Assembly (NCBI GenBank): GCA_048883105.1
Contig: JBHLQY010000002.1
Span: forward strand, 1-60,564
From: Candidatus Thorarchaeota archaeon
GTDB lineage: Archaea > Asgardarchaeota > Lokiarchaeia > Sigyniarchaeales > SOKP01
DNA: 60,564 bases
Direction of reading: 5' to 3'
Below the pieces are notes generated by a model that was not told the origin of the DNA, ran no database searches, and worked only from the letters and a program-made list of their open reading frames with translations. Positions within the stretch are counted from its first letter, which is position 1, and each line of letters opens with the position of its first letter. Made by a program: the position numbers and the translations under genes. This document shows, one piece after another, positions 9,515-18,695 of the stretch.

Positions 9515-10393
9515 ATGGAAGCTGCTCGACTTCTCACTAAAGTTGATAAAGAAGATTTGAGAATTTTAATGGCAATAGAACTCGGAATGAAGAGGTCTAA
9601 GTATGCAACGGTAAATAACATTAAGTTTTATTCAAGGTATCCAATGGAAGAGACATTATTTAGACTAAAAAAAGTCCACAAATTAGATTTAATAATCAGA
9701 GATTCGTCTACATATGAAATTGGATATACTCTCAATTCAAAAGCTTATGATCTTTTAGCATTACATACATTAGTAGAAAAAAATATAATAAGTCAATTAG
9801 GTCCTATTTTAGGGAAGGGTAAGGAATCGGATGTATACAGTTGTATGGATGATAATGAAAATATCTACGCTATAAAAATATATCGAATAGGTAGAACGAG
9901 TTTTAAAAATATTAAAAAATTTAGAAATTTGATTGGTGAAAGAGTCCATTTCTCGTGGCTTTACGTGAATAGGCTTGCTGCTAAAAAGGAGTTCGAAGCA
10001 CTTGAAAAGATTTATAATCTTAATTTAAACACTCCTAAACCAATTGGATATAATAGACACATAGTTGTAATGGAATATTTAAGAGGAAAAGAATTGGCTT
10101 ATTATAAGAGTATTGACAAACCCGAGTACATATTTAAAGAGATTATTAACCAAATGATAATAATTTATAAAAAAGCTAACATTGTTCATGGTGATTTGGG
10201 AGAATTTAATGTCGTTGTGGATGAGAAAGGAAATATATTAATAATAGATTGGCTACAATGGGTTCCTAGTGACCATCCAAACGCAAAAAAAATCCTTAAA
10301 CGAGATATTGAGAATTTATGTAATTATTTTAAGAAGAAATTTAAAATTAAAAGTGATAGCAAGGAGATTTTATTAAAATTTTATCAAAAATAA
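9515..10393 (+). CDS. rio2: RIO-type serine protein kinase, Rio2-like (N-terminal winged helix plus RIO domain)
   Basis: - N-terminal wHTH-like segment LRILMAIELGMKRSKY.
- ATP loop LGKGKESDVY and lysine AIKIYR.
- Catalytic HGDLGEFNVVV and metal-binding IIDWLQ. Confidence 0.85.
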   Translation: MEAARLLTKVDKEDLRILMAIELGMKRSKYATVNNIKFYSRYPMEETLFRLKKVHKLDLIIRDSSTYEIGYTLNSKAYDLLALHTLVEKNIISQLGPILGKGKESDVYSCMDDNENIYAIKIYRIGRTSFKNIKKFRNLIGERVHFSWLYVNRLAAKKEFEALEKIYNLNLNTPKPIGYNRHIVVMEYLRGKELAYYKSIDKPEYIFKEIINQMIIIYKKANIVHGDLGEFNVVVDEKGNILIIDWLQWVPSDHPNAKKILKRDIENLCNYFKKKFKIKSDSKEILLKFYQK

Positions 10394-10402
10394 TATTTTA
10401 CT

Positions 10403-11020
10403 TCAAGTTTTTAGCTTTTTTCCTTGAATTATAACATCTTCTACAATTTCTTTATTAAGAATTTGAAGTTCGAAGATTTTCGATTTTAATAGTGAGATTA
10501 ATTTATTCAAATCCAAATTTTTATTTAAGATTGAGAATTTTATATCGGCATCGTCTTTAACTACTCTAAGCATTTCTTTAACACCGTCAATAATGTGAGG
10601 TAGATTTTGCAGAGAAGTAAGAGAAAAAACTGAATTAAAGATATTACTTCTGATTGGTAAATTTTCCAAATCAGATAAAATTAGATGAATTTTATTTCCT
10701 ATTTTCTTATCTTTATTGAAATTCTTCGATTTGAAAATCTTTAGCATATTGATTGAAATATCAATCGCAATATAAGAATAAAATGCTGTTTTGATTTGTT
10801 CTAGTGAGTTAATTATGAAATCGTATAGTAAACCAGTTCCACAACCGGCATCTAATATAATTTTCCCTCCCACTGTGTAGCTCTTTAGGACAATTTTATA
10901 TTTATTATATTGAATTTCCTTATATCTTCTCTCATAGTAATCTGAAGTTGAATTGTATTTAATTATAATCTCTTTTTTCTTATTCTGGTTCTCTCTCCTT
11001 TTTTTCAAAAAAATAACCAA
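10403..11020 (-). CDS. Class I SAM-dependent methyltransferase
   Basis: Motif I is ILDAGCGTGLL and the post-I acidic strand is AIDIS. 205 aa. The substrate cannot be assigned from sequence. Confidence 0.7.
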   Translation of the reverse strand: MVIFLKKRRENQNKKKEIIIKYNSTSDYYERRYKEIQYNKYKIVLKSYTVGGKIILDAGCGTGLLYDFIINSLEQIKTAFYSYIAIDISINMLKIFKSKNFNKDKKIGNKIHLILSDLENLPIRSNIFNSVFSLTSLQNLPHIIDGVKEMLRVVKDDADIKFSILNKNLDLNKLISLLKSKIFELQILNKEIVEDVIIQGKKLKT

Positions 11021-11137
11021 TGAAATTTAAAATAGGTTAATATCAGATAATAAGGTTTTTATTCAAAAAAATTTATCTTTAAATAGTTTAATAATAATTT
11101 TTTATTTTGAAAAGGTATAAAAAGGGATAAAGTTAGG

Positions 11138-11401
11138 ATGTCACTTAATAATAATCCACAAAGAAAATCGAAAAATCCATTAACAATATTGCAAAACGCC
11201 CAAAAGTCAAAAATTTTATTACGATTGAAGGACGGTACGGAGTATAGAGGAATATTAAAGGAGATCGATGCATATATGAATATGATTTTAGAAGACGCCA
11301 CAGAAATTATGAATGGAAGCCCAATTGCGAAGTACAATGAGATCTTTATTCGTGGGAATAATTTATTGTTTGTGAAACCGGACGCAAGTGAGATCATGTA
11401 A
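11138..11401 (+). CDS. Sm-like (LSm) archaeal RNA-binding protein
   Basis: The Sm1 segment ILLRLKDGTEYRGILKEIDAYMNMILEDA and the Sm2 segment IFIRGNNLLFV are both present. 87 aa. Confidence 0.85.
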   Translation: MSLNNNPQRKSKNPLTILQNAQKSKILLRLKDGTEYRGILKEIDAYMNMILEDATEIMNGSPIAKYNEIFIRGNNLLFVKPDASEIM

Positions 11402-11458
11402 AATAAGAGATAATATCAATATTAAAACTAATTTTTCTTATAAGTTGATAAATAGAAA

Positions 11459-11914
11459 TTGTGTCCTCAAAATTCTAATAGTGAATTAACCTCTAATCTC
11501 ATTTCAATCGTTGGTTATGGGACATTTATAACACAAGGGTACTGGAAAAAAAAGAATAATGTTGAGGTCTGCCTTATAAAGGATTTCATTAGAATTTTTC
11601 CGAAAGGAAATTGGTTTCCTTACGCTTTACCTTGCAAACACTTTTCTTTTTGGGCTCTAAGATTTTGTGTTTTAGAAGAAGAATTAGACGAATTAGATCG
11701 ATATGAAGGAGTGGATGCTGGATTATTTCAACGAATTAAAATTTCAATTTTATTAAAAAATGACAGGAATGTGAACGCATTCATGTATATTCCTACAAAT
11801 GACACAGTAAAATCCCTAAATTTAAATTTTGATATCGACAAAACTGATAGATGGAAAGAGGAAATTAAAAAGATTCCAGAAGTTGTAAAAAAATTTCCTG
11901 AATTAATTTTATAA
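11459..11914 (+). CDS. Gamma-glutamylcyclotransferase / AIG2-like family protein
   Basis: VGYGTF near the N-terminus, and LDELDRYEGVDAGLFQRIKI...AFMYI matching the YGTL...LD..E....Y.R pattern of the GGCT/AIG2 fold. TTG start. Confidence 0.55.
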   Translation: MCPQNSNSELTSNLISIVGYGTFITQGYWKKKNNVEVCLIKDFIRIFPKGNWFPYALPCKHFSFWALRFCVLEEELDELDRYEGVDAGLFQRIKISILLKNDRNVNAFMYIPTNDTVKSLNLNFDIDKTDRWKEEIKKIPEVVKKFPELIL

Positions 11915-12814
11915 TAGTTCTAGAGTTTTAGGGATAATTCTATTATTTCTTATTATCGCATAAGAAGCAGGATTCGGTGAAAAATCTCCACGATAGTTTG
12001 CTGCGGAAAATATTGAAAGTAATCGTCCGTTGAAAAACCATTTATAACCCTCTGGAAAGCATTCATGGGCTCGAATAAGGTATTTAAGATTATTTGACTC
12101 CATGAAATTATCGAAAACATCCTCACCAAAAAACTTAATTCCAGGCCCTCTAAAACTTCCCTTAAAACCCCGTAACCCAGATTGTTTTGGATCATTCCAT
12201 AAAATTTGGAAAATACCTTCATTAATCGTTTTTAAAATAGAATCATCAATATTGCTAAGTTTTAATCCCTTTAATTTATTCAAGATATCTATATCTTCAG
12301 GAATTCCTCCATGTAAACATAAAATTAAATTATTGACGATCGCGCACATAGGAAGCATATTATAAACTGCTAAAATTTCGCTAAATTTATTATAATCCTT
12401 AAATCTTTGGAGGAAATCATAAAAAAATCCATATGCTTGGTTCATCTCTAAGGTCTCGTGATTTCCTCTTAATATGTAAAAACTATCATGTTTAAGAATT
12501 TTTAAAGCTAAAACTACAATTAAACATTCCAATTGATTCGCTCCCCTATCAACTATGTCTCCTAACGATATTACCAATTTAGGTTTTTGTTGATTAATTA
12601 TATCTATAATCTTCATCAATGTCTGCATATTACCATGGATATCACCAAGAACAAAAGCTTCCTCCGAATTGTCTAAGCCAAATTCCAATAATAGAGGCTC
12701 ATCTTTAAATATATCTCTGGCTTGTTTCAAAATTTCTGAAATTATATCGAAATCAAGATTAGTGATAGATTCTGGCGTTTTAATTAATTTTTGTAAAAAA
12801 GAATTATCAATCAA
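11909..12814 (-). CDS. PPP-family (PP1/PP2A-like) serine/threonine protein phosphatase
   Basis: The three PPP signature motifs GDIHGN, GDIVDRG and RGNHE occur in canonical order and spacing. TTG start. Confidence 0.85.
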   Translation of the reverse strand: MIDNSFLQKLIKTPESITNLDFDIISEILKQARDIFKDEPLLLEFGLDNSEEAFVLGDIHGNMQTLMKIIDIINQQKPKLVISLGDIVDRGANQLECLIVVLALKILKHDSFYILRGNHETLEMNQAYGFFYDFLQRFKDYNKFSEILAVYNMLPMCAIVNNLILCLHGGIPEDIDILNKLKGLKLSNIDDSILKTINEGIFQILWNDPKQSGLRGFKGSFRGPGIKFFGEDVFDNFMESNNLKYLIRAHECFPEGYKWFFNGRLLSIFSAANYRGDFSPNPASYAIIRNNRIIPKTLELL

Positions 12815-12937
12815 TACGCATACCTGTTATATATAAACTAGACAATTTTAATGGAATAGTATTTCTACAATTATAAAACTATCTTTGTATAATATTATAA
12901 GTAAGGAACTTAAAATGATAAAATTATAATCGATAAA

Positions 12938-15007
12938 ATGGAATTTTTAAATGAGTTAATTGATAATTTCGAGAATCAAAAGATTATAAGTTTTAGAAAT
13001 AAAAGAACTTCTGGTGTTGTTTATACACCAAATGAAATTGCTGATTTTATTGTAAAAAGTATATTTAAAATTTGCATCAAAGATTTACTCCAATTATATG
13101 GATATTTTACGAAAGAATTGGATATCCATAATATAATTCAAATTTTAGTTAGCAATGAGGAATTAAAGGAAGTCATAAATAAGAAGATTGAAAATATTAA
13201 GATTTTAGATCCTTCTTGTGGTTCTGGAAGATTTTTAATTTCTGTAGCAAAATTATTATACAATTTAAGGAAGAAAATTAATCCTAGTTTGAAAGAATTT
13301 GACTTGAAAAAGAAAATTATTCAAAATAATATTTATGGAATAGACATTGATAAATCTACATGCTATATCTCAAAATTAAGGTTAATGAATTGGGTATATT
13401 CAGATCAATCAGATCAAACATTATATCAAAATATTATAGAAACTGATTTAAAAAACCTAAATACAAATGATATTGGGAAAATTATTCAACAATATGATGT
13501 AAAATTTAATGTTTATAATTTGGATTATCTATTAGAATTTGATAAAGATAATTATTTTGATTTTATAATTGGAAATCCTCCCTATATTGAAAATAAGAAA
13601 TTAAAAAACACCTTATACAAAAAACAGTTATATAAAAAGTTCTACTCGGCTTATCGGTTATTTGACATTTCAATTTTATTTATTGAAAAATCTTTACAAG
13701 TATTAAAAAAAAATATAGGATACCTTTCATTTATTTTACCTAATAAATTTTTATCTTCGGATTACGGTATTAAAATAAGAGATTTATTAATAAATAAAAC
13801 AGAACTTATAGAGATTATTAATATTTCCTCATTACCTGTTTTTCACAAAAAAGCAACATATCCCGTAATCCTCTCTCTTAAAAATAGATTTCCAAGTGGT
13901 TCTAATGAAATAATCATAAAAACTTATAGTGATATCGGGGAAATCTTTAAATCCAATGTTTCAAAATTCTTTATTTTATCTCAGAAATTAATTAATCAAC
14001 TTCCATCTAAAGTTATTCCAATTTCAGGTAATATAGAATTAATTAATCACCTCTATTCTAAATTTAAAACGATTTCAGAGACGTTTAATGATTTAAAAAT
14101 TATATATAGACCATTTGGGTTTTTGAAATACAGCAAATTTTTTGATAATATCAGTGAAAAAAGAAAATCTAAAAAAGATCTACTTCTAATTGGAACCGGA
14201 AATGTAGGAAAATATCATCTAAAATATAAAAAGCGAATTAAAATAGCTAAAAAAGATATAAAAGTTTCATATTTCAATTATAAACCAGATTTTCAAGATA
14301 TTTGGGATGACCTCAGCAGTGAAAAAATAATATTTAGAGAAATCGCTAAGGATTTGACATGTGTATTTGATCTTGGTGTTTTGACGAACATCACAGGACT
14401 ATACTTTATTAGAATTCCCTCAATCGATATAAATAAACTATTTTGTCTCATGACGATCTTAAATTCTAAATTCATAGATACAGTTTTTAAAAGCCTTTTT
14501 AGCACTTTGCATATGTCAGGAGGTTATTTAAGGTTCAACGGAAGTTTCATTAAAAGATTGCCAATGCCTAACCAGTTTCCAGTTTCTTTATATCATATAG
14601 GAAAGGTTATTCAATTTCTTTCGCAATTGAAATATGAAATGAATACTCAATCAGAATTGAAGATTTTTAGAGAAATAAATACCACAAATATTAAAACATA
14701 TTTAGATTTCTTTAAAAAATTAGCAAATTCCTTAGTTTTTTTATTATACTTAGAAGAAAACTACGAGAAATCGAATAAATCCTATAATTTTTTATATAAT
14801 ATTTTATATTCAGAAGATTATTTTCCTAATATTCAATTAAAATATTTAACACCTCGTTTTAATTTGGCAAATTTTAAAATTTTTCCTTTTGAAAAATTAA
14901 AATCAGAACTACTCCAAATTACAAATTTGTACAATAAAATAAAAGCGAATAAAAAAATACAGATAGAAATAGAGAATATAATGAAATTTTCTCCTTCTTA
15001 TTTATAA
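12938..15007 (+). CDS. Gamma-class N6-adenine DNA methyltransferase, Eco57I/TaqI-like, with a C-terminal target-recognition domain
   Basis: - GVVYTPNEIADFIV.
- Motif I ILDPSCGSGRFL.
- Motif IV IIGNPPYI.
- C-terminal LNSKFIDTVF...GGYLRFNGSFIKRLPMP resembles TaqI-type specificity domains.
- No nuclease domain is recognisable. Confidence 0.8.
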   Translation: MEFLNELIDNFENQKIISFRNKRTSGVVYTPNEIADFIVKSIFKICIKDLLQLYGYFTKELDIHNIIQILVSNEELKEVINKKIENIKILDPSCGSGRFLISVAKLLYNLRKKINPSLKEFDLKKKIIQNNIYGIDIDKSTCYISKLRLMNWVYSDQSDQTLYQNIIETDLKNLNTNDIGKIIQQYDVKFNVYNLDYLLEFDKDNYFDFIIGNPPYIENKKLKNTLYKKQLYKKFYSAYRLFDISILFIEKSLQVLKKNIGYLSFILPNKFLSSDYGIKIRDLLINKTELIEIINISSLPVFHKKATYPVILSLKNRFPSGSNEIIIKTYSDIGEIFKSNVSKFFILSQKLINQLPSKVIPISGNIELINHLYSKFKTISETFNDLKIIYRPFGFLKYSKFFDNISEKRKSKKDLLLIGTGNVGKYHLKYKKRIKIAKKDIKVSYFNYKPDFQDIWDDLSSEKIIFREIAKDLTCVFDLGVLTNITGLYFIRIPSIDINKLFCLMTILNSKFIDTVFKSLFSTLHMSGGYLRFNGSFIKRLPMPNQFPVSLYHIGKVIQFLSQLKYEMNTQSELKIFREINTTNIKTYLDFFKKLANSLVFLLYLEENYEKSNKSYNFLYNILYSEDYFPNIQLKYLTPRFNLANFKIFPFEKLKSELLQITNLYNKIKANKKIQIEIENIMKFSPSYL

Positions 15008-15088
15008 ACATAAATATATAAATACTTAAGAAATATATAATTTAGGATATATATATAATTAATATAACTTTGTTTATTTGGTGTTGTA

Positions 15089-16054
15089 ATGAAAGAATTA
15101 AAAAACAAATATGTGAGAAGCGTGATAAAGCTTGGTAATTCTTACGCGATGACATTTCCGCAAGAATGGACAAATCAAGCTAACTTGAAAGAGAAATCTG
15201 AAGTAACATTATATCCAATCGATGACAGATCAATTATTATAAGAACATTTGATAAGGAAAAAAAGACAATTTTCAATATCGATGGAAATGAATGGCCTGT
15301 TAAATTAATAAAACAAGCTATAATCTCTGCTTTTAAATTAAATGTAGACGAGATTTACATAAAATATAATGATGATAATCAAGAAGACATTTACAAACTC
15401 ATAATTAATTTGGAAAGGGAAACTATAGGTTTTGATTTCAAAGATAATTCTGAAAGAAAAGAATTTTTTATAAATTTCTTATTAGACACATCAAGCAAAC
15501 CGTTTCAAGATATATTAATGGATCTCTCAGAAGTCTTTAGAAGAATTATAAAAAATGTCATTGAAGGGATAACTAAAAAGAATAGTGAATTATTATTGGC
15601 AGAGATAGAACGCAAATATAGTCTAGGAACGAGGATTCTTATTACAGGTCTTAGCGACTATCCTGTATCAGAAGGTTATCGAAATATACCTTTAATTAGA
15701 TTTCTTGGCGATAGGGTTATGCTCCTCTATATTAGAGATTTTATTAACGAGGCTTTAACTTTAAAGCTCATATCGAATGATATAATTAAAAAATTTTCAG
15801 AAATTTTAATTAAAATCCCAAGCTTGTTAATTAATTTAATTAAAAATTATGATAATATAAATCTAGATTCAATTTCAAACTTTCAAGGATATTTAAGTAA
15901 ATTAGGAATGATGCTCGAGAATTTTGCATATGAGGAATCAAATATAGAAGTGCAGCAAGTTAGAAATAAAATTAAATATTATTTGAATAGTTTCCAAAAC
16001 TTTTTCGATATCGGAATAACACGACTTATAGAATCTGAGATCGGTATGGTATAA
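15089..16054 (+). CDS. AbrB/SpoVT-type DNA-binding domain fused to a PhoU-like helical domain (putative regulator)
   Basis: The N-terminus VIKLGNSYAMTFPQEWTNQANLKEKSEVTLYPIDDRSIIIR is a looped-hinge-helix AbrB pattern. About 270 aa of helical sequence follow, as in archaeal PhoU homologues. Confidence 0.55.
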   Translation: MKELKNKYVRSVIKLGNSYAMTFPQEWTNQANLKEKSEVTLYPIDDRSIIIRTFDKEKKTIFNIDGNEWPVKLIKQAIISAFKLNVDEIYIKYNDDNQEDIYKLIINLERETIGFDFKDNSERKEFFINFLLDTSSKPFQDILMDLSEVFRRIIKNVIEGITKKNSELLLAEIERKYSLGTRILITGLSDYPVSEGYRNIPLIRFLGDRVMLLYIRDFINEALTLKLISNDIIKKFSEILIKIPSLLINLIKNYDNINLDSISNFQGYLSKLGMMLENFAYEESNIEVQQVRNKIKYYLNSFQNFFDIGITRLIESEIGMV

Positions 16055-16153
16055 TTTTTAATCTTTAAAAACCATAAAATCTAAATTTTAATTTTAATTT
16101 TGAACATTAAAAATTTTAAATTTAATCCAATTAAAACTATTAGTGAATAATTA

Positions 16154-16528
16154 ATGGCTAAAAAAAAGAAACTACCAGCAGAGACAGAAAATGATGAAAT
16201 CCCTTCAGGTAAAATTGATGAAGATGGAGATGAAATTTTAGATTTATATGATGAAAAAGATGACTTAACTGAAGATTTAATCTACGACCTTAGTGAAATA
16301 GAAGATGAGATGTTAGTCGATGAGACTGAAGATGAGGAATTTGGCTATGAAGTTAATGAAGTCGAAAAAATGATGAGAAAAATTAAGTGCGAACCTTGTC
16401 CAGGCAGTGATAGTAAGCCAGAATGTAAAGTTAGAGATGATTTTGGGTGTCCGCCTGGAAAAGAATCAAAAAAGAAGCCCTGGACCGAAGCAGAAAGAAA
16501 AAGATCGGGAAAAAGTAAGAAAAAATAA
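16154..16528 (+). CDS. Hypothetical bipartite acidic/basic protein with a four-Cys cluster
   Basis: 124 aa. A Lys-rich N-terminus is followed by about 60 aa dominated by D/E, then KCEPCPGSDSKPECKVRDDFGCPPG and a Lys-rich tail. Confidence 0.4.
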   Translation: MAKKKKLPAETENDEIPSGKIDEDGDEILDLYDEKDDLTEDLIYDLSEIEDEMLVDETEDEEFGYEVNEVEKMMRKIKCEPCPGSDSKPECKVRDDFGCPPGKESKKKPWTEAERKRSGKSKKK

Positions 16529-16538
16529 CTTATTTCGC

Positions 16539-17522
16539 ATGCTAACTAAAATTAAAAAGTATTTCATTTTATTTATCATTGATATTTTAATTAGTGCGTT
16601 TATTTGGCATATAAATGCTTCCTGGGGAAATACTTTTTGGACTTGTTTAATTTTATCTACTACAACTTTTTTAATCATCTTTACACCTTTTCAAATTTAT
16701 TTTAGTTGGAGAGATATATATTTTGATAGATGGGAAAATCTATATTTAAAAGAGCTCGAGATTTCAAAAGTAAAAGTTAAGGTTGAGGGTGGATATTTAT
16801 ATGCCGATTTAATAAAATCGAAAAATCAAGAGGCCAGAAACTCAAAAAATACTGTAGTAATTATTAGCCCTGGTTTTTCTGACAAAAAAGAAAGCCTTCA
16901 ATATTATTATTTTCCTTTAGCATATCATGGTTATATAATTTTAGCTTACGATGCGAGAGGGATTGGAGAATCTAAAAAAGCGGGTAATAGAAGCGACTTT
17001 TTAAAACGAATAGATGATTTTATTAGAATAATCGAATGGCTAAAAACTAGTGATAAGTTTAGCCAAATGAAGATTTATTCGGTTGGTTTAAGTATTGGAG
17101 CCTTAACTGTATTATGCGGAGGTTTTCCAAATAAAGATGTTGATAAAATAATTGCTATTTCTTCAATGTCAGATTATAAAAAAAATATATTAGAATCAAA
17201 TCTAATAGTTAAGTTAAGTTACTTAATGAAAGGTATTAGTTTTTCTCCTGATGATATAGAAAATCGGAAGTTATCTCCATCAATCTTAATTAAAGATATA
17301 AGAAACTCTCTCTCTGAAGTTGAATGGAAACTTTTCTCAGAAAGAGTTTTGTTAATACACACCAGAAACGATAAGATAATTCCATTCAAAAATTTTGAAG
17401 AAAATTGTCTAATTTTAGAGTCCTCCGATAAAAATCAAGTAATTCTATCAAAAGGAGGGCATACACAAAAAAAAAATGAATTAGTTTTAGTTGGAGCCAC
17501 TCTTAGATTTTTTAATGAATAA
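16539..17522 (+). CDS. Membrane-anchored alpha/beta-fold hydrolase
   Basis: - Hydrophobic N-terminal helices.
- Nucleophile elbow VGLSIGA (GxSxG).
- AYDARGIGES and a C-terminal GGHTQ.
- The ATG at 16539 avoids the 122-nt overlap with the upstream ORF that the 16407 start implies. Confidence 0.65.
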   Translation: MLTKIKKYFILFIIDILISAFIWHINASWGNTFWTCLILSTTTFLIIFTPFQIYFSWRDIYFDRWENLYLKELEISKVKVKVEGGYLYADLIKSKNQEARNSKNTVVIISPGFSDKKESLQYYYFPLAYHGYIILAYDARGIGESKKAGNRSDFLKRIDDFIRIIEWLKTSDKFSQMKIYSVGLSIGALTVLCGGFPNKDVDKIIAISSMSDYKKNILESNLIVKLSYLMKGISFSPDDIENRKLSPSILIKDIRNSLSEVEWKLFSERVLLIHTRNDKIIPFKNFEENCLILESSDKNQVILSKGGHTQKKNELVLVGATLRFFNE

Positions 17523-18683
17523 TCAAAATGTTTTAATCAATGTTAAAATCGATTCAACAGCTAATTCAATACTTAAGTTGATTGATTTTAATTTTTTTTC
17601 AAAATAATTTGAATTGTTTTGAGATTTTTCAATTTCATTAAAAAGATCAAAAAATTGCTTTTGACTTTCTAGTTCCATAGAAAATACGTTAGATCGGGAT
17701 GTAGCATCTCCCATCATTACAAGACATCCATGATCATGGAAATGTTTAACTGCAGTATAATTAGTTTCCCAGAGTTTATCTTTTAACTTATTATAAACTT
17801 TTTTTGCTACATTCTCGCAACAATCTTTGCTTTTCTCGCTGTGGCAAAAGTAAAAAGGCAATTTGTCCTTATTTGTTGTCATGTATTCTAATAATTTTTC
17901 GAAAACTGTATCTAATTGTTTAATACTTAAGCTTATATGATTATGGTTTGCGGAAGGGGTGCATTTAAAAAATAGAGGTTTTTTATAATATTTTATATGA
18001 TAAAGCTCCATTACGTTTAGTATAATACCTTCTTTGAGCCAATGATCAAATTTATAGCTGATAGACTCTTTCATTAAGTTCTTACTCAATTCTTTTGGAA
18101 TTCTTTCAAGAAGAGATGTTTCATGAAAATCTAATATATAAATAGGCATATTTTCTTTTTCCCAGTATTTCTTGAGTATTTTTTTCACAATATTAGCATG
18201 TTCTGGAATAGGATATTCAATATGATCATCATTATAATTGTTATAATCAGGAGCAAATGTTCTACGCCAGAATCTATTAAGATTCGTCCCGTCTTTTAAA
18301 TAATACCCAGATTTATTGTGTATAGAAGGGTTGAGGAAACCGTAAGGGTTCATTAATGGAAAAAAAATTAAAATCTGGTCTTCCTTTAAAATTTCATTTA
18401 CTGAGATTTTTTGATTTTGAACCATTTTAAGAAATTCTAAAATACCAAATAATCCATTATATTCATTATGTTGAGCACCAACAAAGATTTTTACATATTT
18501 AACTTTATCAATATCAAAATCTTTCCCGATATATATGATAGGGAGAGTGCCCTCTGAGACAATGAATGTCTCATAAACTACATCATTTAAATTATTTAGG
18601 TGCTCTAAAAAATTTAAAATTTTTTCAAATAACTTTTGTCTTCTGGATATATTTAACAAGTCTTTTAAGGTTTCAAGTTTCAT
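17523..18683 (-). CDS. M14-family zinc carboxypeptidase-like / deacylase-like protein
   Basis: Motifs occur in canonical M14 order: GAQHNEYNG (H72-x2-E75), MNPYG, TNLNRFW and LDFHET (H187). About 190 aa of unassigned C-terminal sequence follow. Confidence 0.6.
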   Translation of the reverse strand: MKLETLKDLLNISRRQKLFEKILNFLEHLNNLNDVVYETFIVSEGTLPIIYIGKDFDIDKVKYVKIFVGAQHNEYNGLFGILEFLKMVQNQKISVNEILKEDQILIFFPLMNPYGFLNPSIHNKSGYYLKDGTNLNRFWRRTFAPDYNNYNDDHIEYPIPEHANIVKKILKKYWEKENMPIYILDFHETSLLERIPKELSKNLMKESISYKFDHWLKEGIILNVMELYHIKYYKKPLFFKCTPSANHNHISLSIKQLDTVFEKLLEYMTTNKDKLPFYFCHSEKSKDCCENVAKKVYNKLKDKLWETNYTAVKHFHDHGCLVMMGDATSRSNVFSMELESQKQFFDLFNEIEKSQNNSNYFEKKLKSINLSIELAVESILTLIKTF

Positions 18684-18695
18684 AATTTTTCAATT

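Noticed and set aside
11059-11397. A 112-aa minus-strand ORF overlapping the Sm-like gene.
   Set aside because: It is antisense to a gene with clear Sm1/Sm2 motifs, and its translation is hydrophobic and low-complexity with no motif.
16407-16538. An N-terminal extension of the alpha/beta hydrolase ORF that overlaps the acidic protein ORF.
   Set aside because: The extension lies in an alternative frame of the Lys-rich tail of the upstream ORF. The ATG at 16539 precedes the hydrophobic membrane anchor.
12815-17522. Possibility that the methyltransferase region is a complete restriction-modification, BREX or other known defence locus or a mobile island.
   Set aside because: No nuclease, helicase/ATPase, specificity subunit, integrase, transposase or flanking direct repeats could be recognised. 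Only the orphan-methylase observation is retained.
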